NCBI GenBank assembly: GCA_965112155.1
Contig: OZ218102.1
DNA length: 64,000 bases
Source of the DNA: Podarcis liolepis
Taxonomy: Eukaryota
Direction: 5' to 3' (one strand)
Shown here: piece by piece, positions 34,466 to 46,980 of the stretch
How positions within the stretch are numbered: position 1 is the stretch's first letter
Layout: each line of letters opens with the position of its first letter
The notes under the pieces: model-generated
What the model was told of the DNA's origin: nothing
The model's database searches: none
Seen by the model: the letters and a program-made list of their open reading frames with translations, nothing else
Program-made: the position numbers and the translations under genes

Positions 34466-36819
34466 TGTTTCCCATATTTAATAGCACATATGTGAATATG
34501 CAAAACATGCAAAGTGTTGGGTGTAAGCATGGAAAGGTAAATGCACAAATGGATAGGCAGCAAGACTGGAAAAGCTTTGCCAGCTCTAGTCTCTCAGATA
34601 TTCAGCCTTTCCACATTACACTTGAATTGAGTAGCCTCATTCCTCTTTGCTGTATTCTGACGGAGACATATGAAAAAGAATGAATGGAAAGAAAACAAAT
34701 TGGACAGTAGGGTGCAGTGACACAAATTCCATTTCTGAAAGATTTCAGATCCCTTCTCAATCTCATCCAGTTCAGGAAACATAACCATTTCCCTTTCTGT
34801 GCTTTCTCAACAATGGGGAAAAAAACCTCTAAACAGAGACCTTGAGGTTAAACACAAAATTGGCTTTCAGAAAGAAGACTTTGCTCAGAGTTGTAGCTGA
34901 ACAGGTCTCATTGTCCTTTTCTCCATTTGGCTTGTCTTTTTCTTCTTTCGTACTTTGTTCCACTGGATGCTCATCATCACTAGAAACTTGGAAGTAGAAA
35001 AGATGGCAATGATAGTTCCTGATAGAATAGAAAGAATTCCCTGTCTTAAGATTGTAAGGTGCTCATTCCTTCACTGTTGGACTCGGCCATCATGAGCTGA
35101 AAATCCACAGTAACTCTGAGGATGTCTCATTATTTCAAAATTGGCAGAAGTGTGGTTTCTATGACTGCCTGATTCAGAGCCTCAGCACAGGAAGAATTCC
35201 TCTTCCATAGAAGGAAAAAAATCCATGGGTGACCAGACAATAAAAACTTGACAGAAACTTTTCAATGCAGCAATAGAAGTGCTTGCTTTCTAAAGAGATG
35301 CCATGTTAATTCCTAATATCTTGTTCAGCAGTACCAATGATATAATGTATAGGAGATTATATTTGGGTAGGAGAAATAGACATTCTCAAGATCTACATGT
35401 TGTGATGTCTCATCAAGCTTGAACTTCATTAGCTACAGAATAAGATCAGCCAATCACCTGACAGCTACTTCCTCAGAATTAGGAAGCAGCCTGTAGGAGA
35501 GCAATGGAATTTCAGGGGTTCTTCGCTATCTACTCCCTTTGTACTGCAACCCAGTAACGTAAGTGGATACAGCAACCTGTGATACCTAGAGATACATAGC
35601 ATAGATGAGAATCTGCAGCTCTCTGGTTACTGGACTCCAAAATCCATCAGCACCAGCTAGCATGGCCAATGATCAGTGATACTGGGAGTTGTAGTCCAAC
35701 AATGTTTTAAGAGTCATGGATTTCCCATCCCTATTTTAAAGCACTGCTCTTTTCTTCTTCTTCATGAATCATAGCACTAAAATACAGGTGTATAAACAAG
35801 ATCTGTTTTTAGGCTCTCCACTCTCTCTAACAGCATATATTATGAACATTTCCAAAGACTAGTTGGTTGTGCCATCTACTGTGTGGCTCCCAACATTTTA
35901 ATCTGGTGGTTTCAAACTTTCTGCTTTCAAAAAACACCTCCCCAGTTAAACAGCTCGTTTCTTTCATGAAACTATTTACATTATGGGGCGGGGGGATGAG
36001 ATTTTTCTTAAATGTGTGTTTTTTTTTTAAGCACAGTAGTTTTTAAAGGGTATTCCAGGAACCCCTGGGATGCCTAAGAAATAATTCCCACAATGCCCCC
36101 AGTATAATGTTGTTCCAGGGCATTGCGAGGAATGTAAATGGCAGCTGGGTAGCCATCTAGTGCAGCATGGAATATAGCTGCTACAGCTGCTGATCACCGT
36201 CACTTGGAAGCAAGCCCACTCATGAAGGGGACATGATTTTCTGTGGCCATTCCCTCAAACCTGAAGCTGGCTCTGCTGATCGGCAGCGGCTTCTTTGAAA
36301 TTAGGATGCCATCCTAATCCCTAGCCAGCAGGGAGAGGGTCTTTATGGAGCAGCACAGACAGGAGCAAATCCACAACTTGCACTGCCCAGGGCAGAAGAT
36401 GGGGGAGGGCTGGTGAAAAAATGCCTCTTCACTGTGCAGCAAAAATGGTGGTGATGATGAAATTAGATTTATATGCTGCCCTTCATCTGTAGATCTCAGG
36501 GTGGTTCACAAGATAAAAGATGCCTAGATTGGGCTAGCTGCCATCACATGATCTTATGCCAGTCCAGACCCACCCCCCAAAATAGGAGCTTTTGACCACA
36601 AAGATTGCCATCAATGGTAGGATCTGCCTGTCCACTACTTGGGTAGGTGCATTATGGTGTTCCTACCTAGGGGGCTTCCCCACTAACAGTAGAAGAGGAG
36701 GTGGTAGGACCAGGCAGGACTTAACATTTCGCTAGTCCCACTCCATCCCACCCTTTCCAGTTTGGGTTGTAGTTTGGAAACCACCAGATCAAAGTTTGGA
36801 AATGTTCTAACAAGGGGTA

Positions 36820-36950
36820 GTGCCGAGGGGTTGAGAAGCACTTAACCTGTGCTACTTTCTGAACACAGTCCTGAAGATACGAACAGAACCACCATAATGC
36901 AGTGCCTCCAATACCCATCACACTGAGTCAGTCCACAAGGATGCCACAGT
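36820..36950 (-). mobile_element. L2/CR1-group LINE reverse-transcriptase fragment
   Basis: Translation ..MGIGGTALWWFCSYLQDCVQKV.. matches the GI.GT.L.WF.SYL..R.Q.V motif of L2/CR1 reverse transcriptase. Confidence 0.7.
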
Positions 36951-39102
36951 TGACAGATACCAGTTATCATTGCCCATTAGGACATAAGGAATAAATAAGC
37001 CTAGAAAGTTACTCCAGAGAGAGAGAGAGAGAGAGACTTAAAAGAAACAGTCTGGGCTTTCCCTCACACTCTTGTTTTTCAGTGTCAACTGTAAATAAAG
37101 CTGGGAAGATGTAGGGCAGATAGCTTGAATTAACCAACATACACACCTCTACGATAGCTGGTATTCACAAATATACACGGCTATCAGCTCTATCCCAGTC
37201 GCCAGGCAACACACAGGAGGCATTCCAGAGAGGAAAGGGAGAGGTAATTTGACAAGTGAATTAATTGGATGCTTCTTTCGTGGGAGCTTTAGGTGGCTAA
37301 TGTGGAAACTGCAGGCCAGGTTAATTCACCCAACATCAATATCCTGTGATTAAACATGGGGAGGAAGAGAGGGAATTTTATTGAAACATCCTGTTTTATA
37401 AGACAGAAGGGTGGAATTGACAAATGACTTGTAACTTGGATTCTGCTTTTTTCCTGATTACCAAGGCAATCTGTGGCTGTGTCAGGCAGATGGTCCAAGA
37501 TAGCCCTTTGAGAGGTCCATTGGCAATGTAACTTTGTGCTTTTATAATTCTAGGGGAACTGTATTGGTAGGATAGGATGCCATCATTTCCATATAGATTT
37601 TTATTATTCCCCTATTTATGATTGCCTCACCTCTGCCACCTTCTGAGTGATACCACTGAATTGTCTCAGAACATTGCTGTCTGCCTCTCAGCTGATCTGT
37701 AAGAATTCATCTCCATCCCCAAGCAAAACTGCAGCTCCATAAGTCACATGGCCCTACCAAAGAAAGTGTTACCATTTATCATCTGTCCTTCCACCCTCCT
37801 CTCAACCAGATCAGTAGGAGAGCACCACTGCCCTCAGAAAACCCCAGAATGGCTCATCACTCCCAGATAAGTCAGCCAGCGAGTCTTTCTTGTACCAACC
37901 ATAGGTCAAAACAGAAAACAATATGTAAAATAATAACTCCTCAAAACAAAATTCAGGATTACAATATAATAGACTCCAAAATGTTTCCTGAGATATGAAA
38001 AGCTGTTCTCTCTATCAGAACATGAGCCTGTTCTACACAACAAAAACAAAATGAGAGTGAATTCACATAATCGCTTTGGCATTTCAGATGTTTCAGCTTG
38101 AATTGGCTTTGAACTGCGTACAACATACAGCAATATGTCTGTGCAAAAATGCCAATGCAAAGCTGCCCCAAGGTGTGTTGGCATGATGGATGTTCACAAA
38201 GGTGAACAAAACATACAACTGATTCCCTGCATGTAAACTCAGCAGATCCACTCAGTTGAAAGCTAGCAGGATGCCCATGTGTGCAGTGGTAGAAAAGCTT
38301 GGGGGAACCTGCATTTGGAGGAACAAATTTTCCACAAGAGAGAAAATAAGTAACAGATAACTGCATCAGAAAGGGGCTTGATGGGAGCTTAAGTGTGGTT
38401 TTATTATTCCATCACCAGCAGCAAAATCAGATGCTTTGAAAGAAAAGAAGGAAATAGGGTGGGGGTTCCTGATTTAGAAAGCAGAATGAAGCAATGTACA
38501 AAACCTCACACAATATCCCTTGACAATAGTTTTCTCTGTTTTGTTATAAATGGAATTATTTACTTCCATACTCTTCAAAAAATATGATTCTACAAGTGCC
38601 ACTTGGATGATTTGGAGCATCTATCTTGGGATGTATCAGAACTAGGGAATAGTCACATATAATTCTTCTTCACCTGCCCTGTATATTTTACACTGCTACA
38701 CACACACAGCAGTTCAGCTTGAAAACAGCCTCCCCAAGCCTAGTTGTTATGTAGCAGTAGTGGATAGCAGTAAAAGGACTGCTGAAGAGTCAGAAGGTGC
38801 AGCCAACTAGCCTGTAAAGTTTTTGCTACAGCTGCAGCTGCTTCCAGGTAAAAGCTTATTGAGTAGGACAATTGTTTTGTGGGTGGCCATTGTGTGGTGG
38901 TGAGGACACAAATGCAATTCACAAATGTACGTATAAAGTGTGTGTATAAATGGTGTGCTGGGATTGTTGCTATTTTATCAGTTCAATGATTATTTTTATT
39001 GTATTGTACATTTGCATTTACTGTAGTTTCATTGTATTTTCTCTGGTATTAATTTGTTCACTGCTTCGGGGGCCTTGACCAAAAAGTGATATAGAAATAA
39101 AT

Positions 39103-39128
39103 GGATGATGATGATGATGATGATGATG
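39103..39128. repeat. (GAT)n microsatellite at the end of an L2-like tail
   Basis: Direct reading; preceded by TTCACTGCTTCGGGGGCC...AAAGTGATATAGAAATAAAT. Confidence 0.85.
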
Positions 39129-42100
39129 CTGTGGGACCTGCTTCTGGAAGAGAGGGGCTGCAGCACATTGGAAGAAGATAGTGAGCCCTTCCTTCCGCCA
39201 GCTTCAACCCTCTGAAAATGTCTCCCCTGCATAGTAATTAGACTTGGAGCCGGTGGGAGGTTTGCTTTTCAAGCCTAATCCCCAACCAGAGGCAGGGTGA
39301 GAACAAGAAGGTGTGGGTCATGATGGGATGCCCTTTTGAGAGACCCTGCCATTCCCAGGCCAGAAGTTCCCCCTCCTTTGACCTACACTTTCCAACCAGA
39401 GTGATCAGTGACATGGTTGTCACACAGGTGTTACACTGGTGCACAGAGTTGGGAGAACAGTCCCTGCAAGGCTGTTCTGCGCCAAACCTTTCCAGTACAA
39501 TGCTATTGTGCAATCCTACCTCTCACTTTGTCATTTGTTAGAGTAAAGGCTATGGACAAGGTCTTATTTGCCTCCTAATGGATGGGCCTCGGAAAGAGTA
39601 GCTGCCTGGCTATGTAAATCAAACTTCCTCGTCACCTGATTCATAGGCTTGCCTGGAGCTTTAAAGACCAAAGACCAGAAAACATCTGTCAGGAGCTGGC
39701 TGCTGAGGCTTGTTGGCAAGTCTTTATTAGCTGTTGACAAGTCATTTATAATTTACATGGGTTGTCACAGCATGAATGTTTTATTTCAGTAGTAAAATAG
39801 TGCTCCTACTGACCTGCAGCAAAAGTTTTGGCCAGCTCTATCAAAACATCGTGTGGAATTCAGACACCCATCACTCCTTTATTTAAAACAAAAACAACCA
39901 AAAAATAAAACAAAAGCAATATTATGACAATTTCCCACAACATTTTAGGGCCTGCCTCTCTAGGGGTATCCCCTAAAATCAGTGTTCAGAGTTCTATGGT
40001 GTGGTTTCAAGTTCTGCCTCCCAGGGAAACCACCAAACGCAGTCAGGAGAGAAGCAAAAGTGAGGGGATTGTGATACTATTCCCGTAAGACAACCGAATC
40101 CAATTTCATTATCTGTTTATTTTATTTATATAAATTTCCTGTCTATCCATCTCCCTCAGTACCTGAAGCTTATAGCAGGTAGTTCAGTCTAAAAATATGC
40201 ATATTAAAACATCATCTTCATATTTGTGTCGGGGGTGGGTCAAGAGCAGTGTGCCAGAAAACAAATAGTAGCAATGCCCTTCCCCAAAACCGTGAATGGA
40301 TTTTTAAAATCTCTGTTACTGAGTTACCCTCCTAGGCCCAGCGTTTATTAATAATTCATCAAAATATTAGAGTAATTACCATATTTTGCAATATCACAAC
40401 AGTGCACTTCAGCAGAAACCTTCTACAAATCTCCACACAAGAGCCATTAATAAATAAAATGCAATTCACCATATTAAATTTGTTGTTTAAAGGCTAAATA
40501 TTTCATCGCGCCTAATTCATTTTAAATAATCAGCCAGGTCTCCCCCCCCAGATCCCTTGCCTAGCACTTTCTTCTACCTTGGAAATGAAATTAGCTGTCA
40601 AGCATTACAGCAGAAGTGGACTTGAACAGCAGCGTCAACGCCTGGGCTATTATACCACAGTACTCTGGACTGATGAGAAAGCCACTTGGCCAGCTTGAGC
40701 TTATCGCAACACAGTTGTTTTCCTATGTGTGAAATATTTGATGAAGGCTCAAGTGCACAGGACATCTCTGCCTGCTTTTTTAAAATGTTTTTTATTAAAG
40801 ATTTTCTTGGATTACAGAAGTACATACACCATCTCTATTTTCAGATCACAGAGTCCTTTCTACCTAGGCAATGCAGATTTGAAAACCACTCATGTTCTCA
40901 GCAAAGATGCTACTACTGCGCCAAGACAGTGAAGTGATGTCCCTTTTCCAGCAGATGTGAAATATTACTATAACCTAATATTTGCCCCGTAAAGGAGAAA
41001 GACAAAATAAATAGTAGGTCGCTGCCATCTGTGATAAAGATGTATAGCATGCAGTGCCCTAGGCATATTGATTTCGAAGGTCAACGTTCCACAATAGCAA
41101 TTGGTTTTCTATTTTTCAATCTGTTTTTACACATGGATTCTGAATCTTCCCATGATGGCATGGGATGAACTGTGGGAAAGTGCAAATCTAAAGCAAGATG
41201 CCCAGCACTACTTCTCTGAAAACTCTGGATCTGGAGAGGCCATGCAAACCCTGGACCAGAGCCTGGACTCAGTGCTAGGCTGAAGGAGTGTCAGAACAGG
41301 CTGCTAGACTAGATGGGCAAGTGGCCTGATCCAATGAGCTCTTCTTATGTTAAACACAAGACCACTCAGCTAAATATCACATCTTGTGATAGCCTTCCAA
41401 AGGACTAGCCCTATGGTTAATCTCTAAATAAAGATGGGATTTACTGGTATTTGATAAACTAGCATAATGGGCCATCATTGCAGCCTGCACACACATCTCA
41501 CAGGGTTGCAGGGAAGCCCCGGTAAGAAAGTAATTGAACTGCCACCATTTGTTCATCCACCTGCCATTTAACTAAGAGGCTGGAGGGAGAGCGGGTGCAG
41601 CCACCAGCAATTCATCCAAGTATTTCTGACCTACAGCAAAAAAAAAAGGAACAACAAAAAAACCCTTCTAGTATTTATGTGCCCCAAAATCTGGGATGGT
41701 GCAGAACGTTTTAGTAGAAGGGGAAATCCTTCCTAACTGAGCTCCTTTGAGAATGTAACTAACAATCGCTCACATTTTTGGTGTGTGCTGCTTTCACCTT
41801 CAGTCTGTATTTTCCCTTTTATTCTCACAGGCTGTCCATTATTTGCAATATCCAATTTGGATGGTGGATCACAAGTGGTAGCCAATGTGTATTAGTTAAC
41901 AACCCAAGCTCAAGGCCAATGCAATAGATGCTCTTGGAATGAATGATTTACCGTGGTACACAGCCTTTTATTATTATTATTATTTACAACTTCTCAGATA
42001 TATAATGCTCTGATTTCCCATTAGGCGCCTTGTGAGCAGAGAAGGAGCCACATTGAAAATCTATTATTGCTTAGCAGACCTTGAACCACTCTTTGTATGA

Positions 42101-44608
42101 AAGAGGAAATTCGGCCCCTTTCCACACAGAGTCTTGACCTATGCAGTGACATTTAGGTAGCTAGAGGTGGAACATATAGGTTTGGCTTTATAAAAGGGTT
42201 TTATACAACCTATCAGAAACAAACGTTTGCCAAACAAAGAAGGTCACATAGCTCAACAACCTGGACGTTCACAAACAGCAAAGCATGAACCATTTCTCAT
42301 TGTGAAGTGACCTTACAGCTCCATTGAAAAACATATTGCTTGTTGGCTATCCCTTTTATTTCATGGGGAATGAACTAATACAGGAAAACTGAACATCAGC
42401 ACCAGTGCACACTGGGATTGATTGACAACACACAAAGAGAGAGTGGTGTTCAATGCTAGTGCTACTCAGAGTAGATCAATTGAAGTTACTGAACATGGCA
42501 AATGTCAGATCATTACTATCAAAGGGTCTACTCTGCGTAGGACTTAGGTGAATACAACCCACTAAATTCACTTTTTGAATGAATTACATTTGATACATTC
42601 ATAATGTAACTTTTCCAAGTAAGCAAATGGTACTCTTGCAGTTGACAGGAAGTAGGTCTGCAAGCAATGTCAAATCAAATATCCACATAATTTTTAGACA
42701 CAAAATATTTCGCAATTTTGCATGAGGCAGATTCAAAATGGAATTAAATGCTGAAAATGGTGTTTTCAAAGAGATTGTTGCTCTTTTTTGCACTCGTAAA
42801 TTTATCGTGCAATATTAAAGAGTACATAACTCACTCTTTGGCATTCATGAATTCATAATTCACTATTCATTAATTCAAAAATTGAGCTCAGCCTGTCTCT
42901 CCAAATCAATCCCTATAGAAAATCCACTTTATAAGTTCTTCAGCAGTGAAGGCAGGGGAACTTCACCCTGTATTGCTCTAAACAATCCACGATAACTATG
43001 GAGTTAAATACATAAGGGCTGTTTTCTCACTAACAGACCAACAACAAGATTAAAAACAAAAAACTACGGTTTGTTAATTAGGTGAGAATATAAGCAGGAT
43101 CAACAGCTGTGATATTTAGTATGTTATTTTATAATTGTATTTTAATCCTTAATGACTTATTAAAGCTGTTTTAATTAATTCCAAATATATTTTATTTACT
43201 CTGTCTTTAAGCTTTGTTGACTGCAAACTTGGACCCATTCTTATTTAGTAGTTGGTATTCCCAAATTTACAGGTTGCTGTTCAGTTTGTAATGAGTTCAG
43301 TTTTGTGCAACTCATTTTTTTCATTTGTGGTTAATAGCGATGGGGAAGAAATTCAATTCAGTTCACATTTTAATGCCAGCCAATCTAATTTGCCATTCCA
43401 GAAATAATAGGCAAAACAAAACGCAGTTGTTTCCAAATCCACACTTCTCCAAATTTTGTGATGCAAATGCATATACTGTATTAGTGAAAATAACATACAC
43501 AAAATGCATTATAAGTGGAGAAATGGCAAAATGTATATATAGGTTCCCTCCCACCCCCACTTACACAAGATTGCGTAACACATGGTGCAGGGAAATAAAT
43601 GATTCAATCGAAACCTGGAAATGGTGGGTGGGAGCTGGAGAGTCTTCATGGCTCATGAGGAGATCCTCCCCAGAACCCAAAGTGAGGGCAGGAGGAAGCC
43701 CCAAAGGGACCTGGGGTGGAGCTGGGCTTTGTTTAGGCTGCTCAGCCTAACCACCTAACAGCTGGTGTGCAGGGTAGCGCAGCAGCTGCTGCTGCTTTTC
43801 CTCACATCATCCATCCTCCTGCCAGTCCCAGAGCTTCAATTCTAGTTGTAGATATATTTTGGATAGTACTTTTGGTCTGGATTGGAGAGAGAGCAGCAGA
43901 GAGGGCATTTAAAGGGTTTTTAGAAAGTGTTCTCCACTTACGTGATTTCCACTTATGAGCGTGGAAATAATAAGGGGTGTGTGTGCCTGTATCAAGCAAA
44001 AATTACATACTCCAAAAATGGTATGTTCAGAAAAATGCACACTAAAATGCTTGTGAATTTCCATGAGGACTTTTTTTAAACAAAAACAAAAGCTGATTTT
44101 GAAATGTGGTGAACTGAACTTAAGTTTGGAAAAATGAGAAACTGAGAGAAACCCAAAGAGACAGACTGTACAAGAAACTCTACTTCAGACAAAGTTCACA
44201 TAGGTCTAACATTTGGGGTGGCAAACCAACAAGGTTCCATGGCTGCTGTTGATGATCCAACCTTATATCTCCAGGGCCATAAAGGGACTCAGTGGCAGCA
44301 CTCCTAAACCCTAATCTAACTTGGACTTTTTAAAAAAAATATCTATAAATATATATCTATAAAAAATATAGGTGCTTGATATCCACACAGCAATTAAGAA
44401 TCCATTTTGTATTGGTGGCACCTTGTGATATTTAAGTCAATCTAATGATCAACAGGGGGAGGCTTCAGCTAATCATCCTAGTCCATGTGCTCTTTGGCGC
44501 AACTGAAATCTGGATACTGAAGGATGTTTGTCAGTGAAAAACAGATGTCCCAAATTCAGGTCCCTCCTCTCCCTCAGCCTCCATCAGCCTGATTAAATCA
44601 CTTTAAAC

Positions 44609-44737
44609 CAGTGATGGCCAAACGTGGCCCTCCAGCTGTTTTGGGACTACAATTCCCATTATCCCTGACCACTGGTCCTGTTAGCTAGGGATGATGCGAG
44701 TTGTAGTCCCAAAACAAAACAAACTTGGCCATCACTG
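44609..44737. mobile_element. hAT MITE with perfect 8-bp TSD
   Basis: TIR CAGTGATGGCCAA / TTGGCCATCACTG; TSD CTTTAAAC at 44601-44608 and 44738-44745. Confidence 0.92.
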
Positions 44738-45619
44738 CTTTAAACTATAACAGAACTGTTCTGCCAAGCCCATTTTTCCCATGCCTTCAGATTGTGACAG
44801 GATGGATGACTTAAGCAATACTTGGAAATGATAGTTCTCAGGGCAAGAATTTATGAGCTCTGGCAGGTAGGGATGACCTGCTCAACTCTATTGACCTAAA
44901 TAAGCAGAGTGGAATCCTCCCAACAACATAGCCCTCCCCCAGCTCCCTCAAGCGTGTCTCCCTACTTGACTGGATTCCAGCAGGCAGTGCTGCTGACCAC
45001 ACAGAAGGGGGCCATGCCCTTTCTTCACCTGCCTTTCACCTCCTTGCTTGCTTGCTTTTTGGCAGCAGGTACTCAAGCACTTATGCAACATGTTTTCAAA
45101 GAAGACAAAATGTGCTTGAATCATAAAGGCCCCAAATGTAGATCTTGCTAATTTCTCTGGTGGGTTAAGAAAAATGTCATCTATTCACCGCAAGTCCCCC
45201 CAAAATCTGACAAAGCTTAGCTGTTTGAGGTATATGAGTCAGTGGCAGCAGTCAAAACAAAGGAGTGGGGACAGGAGTGGTTTCAATAAGTAACAGGCCC
45301 CTGAAGTAGCTTCTGGCTTCTCAGTGGCTGCCACTTGTCAGGACAGATTCCCCCAAACACAAAACATGCCACGTGCTGTGACTACGGAGGTAAACTGACA
45401 AGGCTGGCTTAGCTCTCATAGGAGCTAAGCAGAGATGAGAGACACACAATGCAAACGAAGTTGAGAAGAACAGGAGCAAGAAGCAGGATGCTCGTCTGAT
45501 CCAATTCCATGGATAACATTTTTTCAAAGAAGCAATCGGACCAAACATCCTCTAGTATTTCCATGTGTGCGCCTGCTTCCTTTTAAAATGCAGTGAAATT
45601 CGGGTCAGGTTGGTGAAGG

Positions 45620-46145
45620 AGGTGCCCTGTTGTTGACACCTGTGCTGGAAGAACTGCACTGGCTACCAAGAGTCTACTCAGGCAAGTTCAGTGTCTTGCT
45701 ATTGACATATATAGCCTAGGACTACTTGGGATCAGGTTACCTTTGGGAGCACCTTATCTTGGCTTGTACACTCCTGCCTGGTCACTTACATCCCCAGAAG
45801 AGACACTCTTAGTAGTGCTGTAGGCTCCTGAAGTTCATCTTACGTCCACTAAGACCAGGGTCTTTAATGTGGCAGCACCTGCCCCTTAGGCTGCACTTCC
45901 AATGAACACCAGGCAGGCATCTACCGTATTGCCATTTGGGTGGCTGCTAAAACTCTATCCATTTACCCAGCCTTTTCCTGAGGAGTGACCCAGCTATGTT
46001 GCTTTATTAAGCTAATTTAATGAACAGCAATGCATATATGTGTACGTGTGTGTGAAATTTTATTGTTGATTTTATGCTATTTACCACTGCGATTTCCCCC
46101 ACTAAATGACTGTGGTAGAGAAATGTTTGCAAATAAATAAATAAA
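45620..46145 (+). mobile_element. L2 LINE 3' fragment
   Basis: Degenerate ORF2 C-terminus LTPVLEELHWLP..KFSVLLLTY.A*..LGSGYL (TP.L..LHWLP motif), ending in an (AAAT)n tail. Confidence 0.78.
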
Positions 46146-46840
46146 TCAGGTAGTGGCAGAATGCAAGAAGTCAGGCTGGGCTGAATTCTCAGCATATACC
46201 AGCATCATGTATACAGCTGCTCTTGCAGCTAGAACCTGGCACTGGAACTTTCCACTGAGCTAGTCCTCAAAAGAAGCCCTGATTTAGGGATATGCAAATA
46301 TTATTTGCATCCTAATGCTTACAAAGTATATTGGGATGCCAATATTAGCTTGGAGCCATCAATATTTGCATTCCTTCTCAGGCATATCTTTGGCAGCCGG
46401 GGAGCATATTTATGACATACTGCCAAACTGAGCTAGATCTTTGGTCTTGATCCAGTACTTTCAACTGCCTGTATTCTACAGAGCCTCTCTCAGTGCTGCT
46501 TCCTGTGATCATTTTAACTGGCAGTGCTAGGGAGTAGAGACTTGAGCATGCACTCTACCGTTCACCTACAACACCTCCAAACTGCCTAAGGCACTCACCC
46601 CTCTACCTACTTGCCCAGGGTAATTGCAAGATATTAACCCACAACTGTGGGTCTGGTCTATGCCAGGGTATAGATACAGAACCCCAGAACTCCCCTGTCC
46701 TTTGCAAAACAAGGATTTCAATATTCTTTTCACAGGTATCAATGGAGCCATTCTTAATCACCTGAAGCATAGTTCAGGTGGAAGAGCAATAATGTTTCTG
46801 CCACGGCAATACTGCTTCGTGTACATCATTTGCTTTACAT

Positions 46841-46980
46841 CAGAGATGGGGAACCTCGGACCCTCCAAGTATTATTAGACTTCAACTCCCATCAGTCCCA
46901 GTCAGCAGGACCAATGGTCAGGGATGCTAGGAGCTATAATCCAATGAAACAACTGGAGGGCCACAGGTTCCCCGTCTCTG
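46841..46980. mobile_element. hAT MITE
   Basis: TIR CAGAGATGGGGAACCT / AGGTTCCCCGTCTCTG; degenerate 8-bp TSD CTTTACAT / CTTTATGC. Confidence 0.82.
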
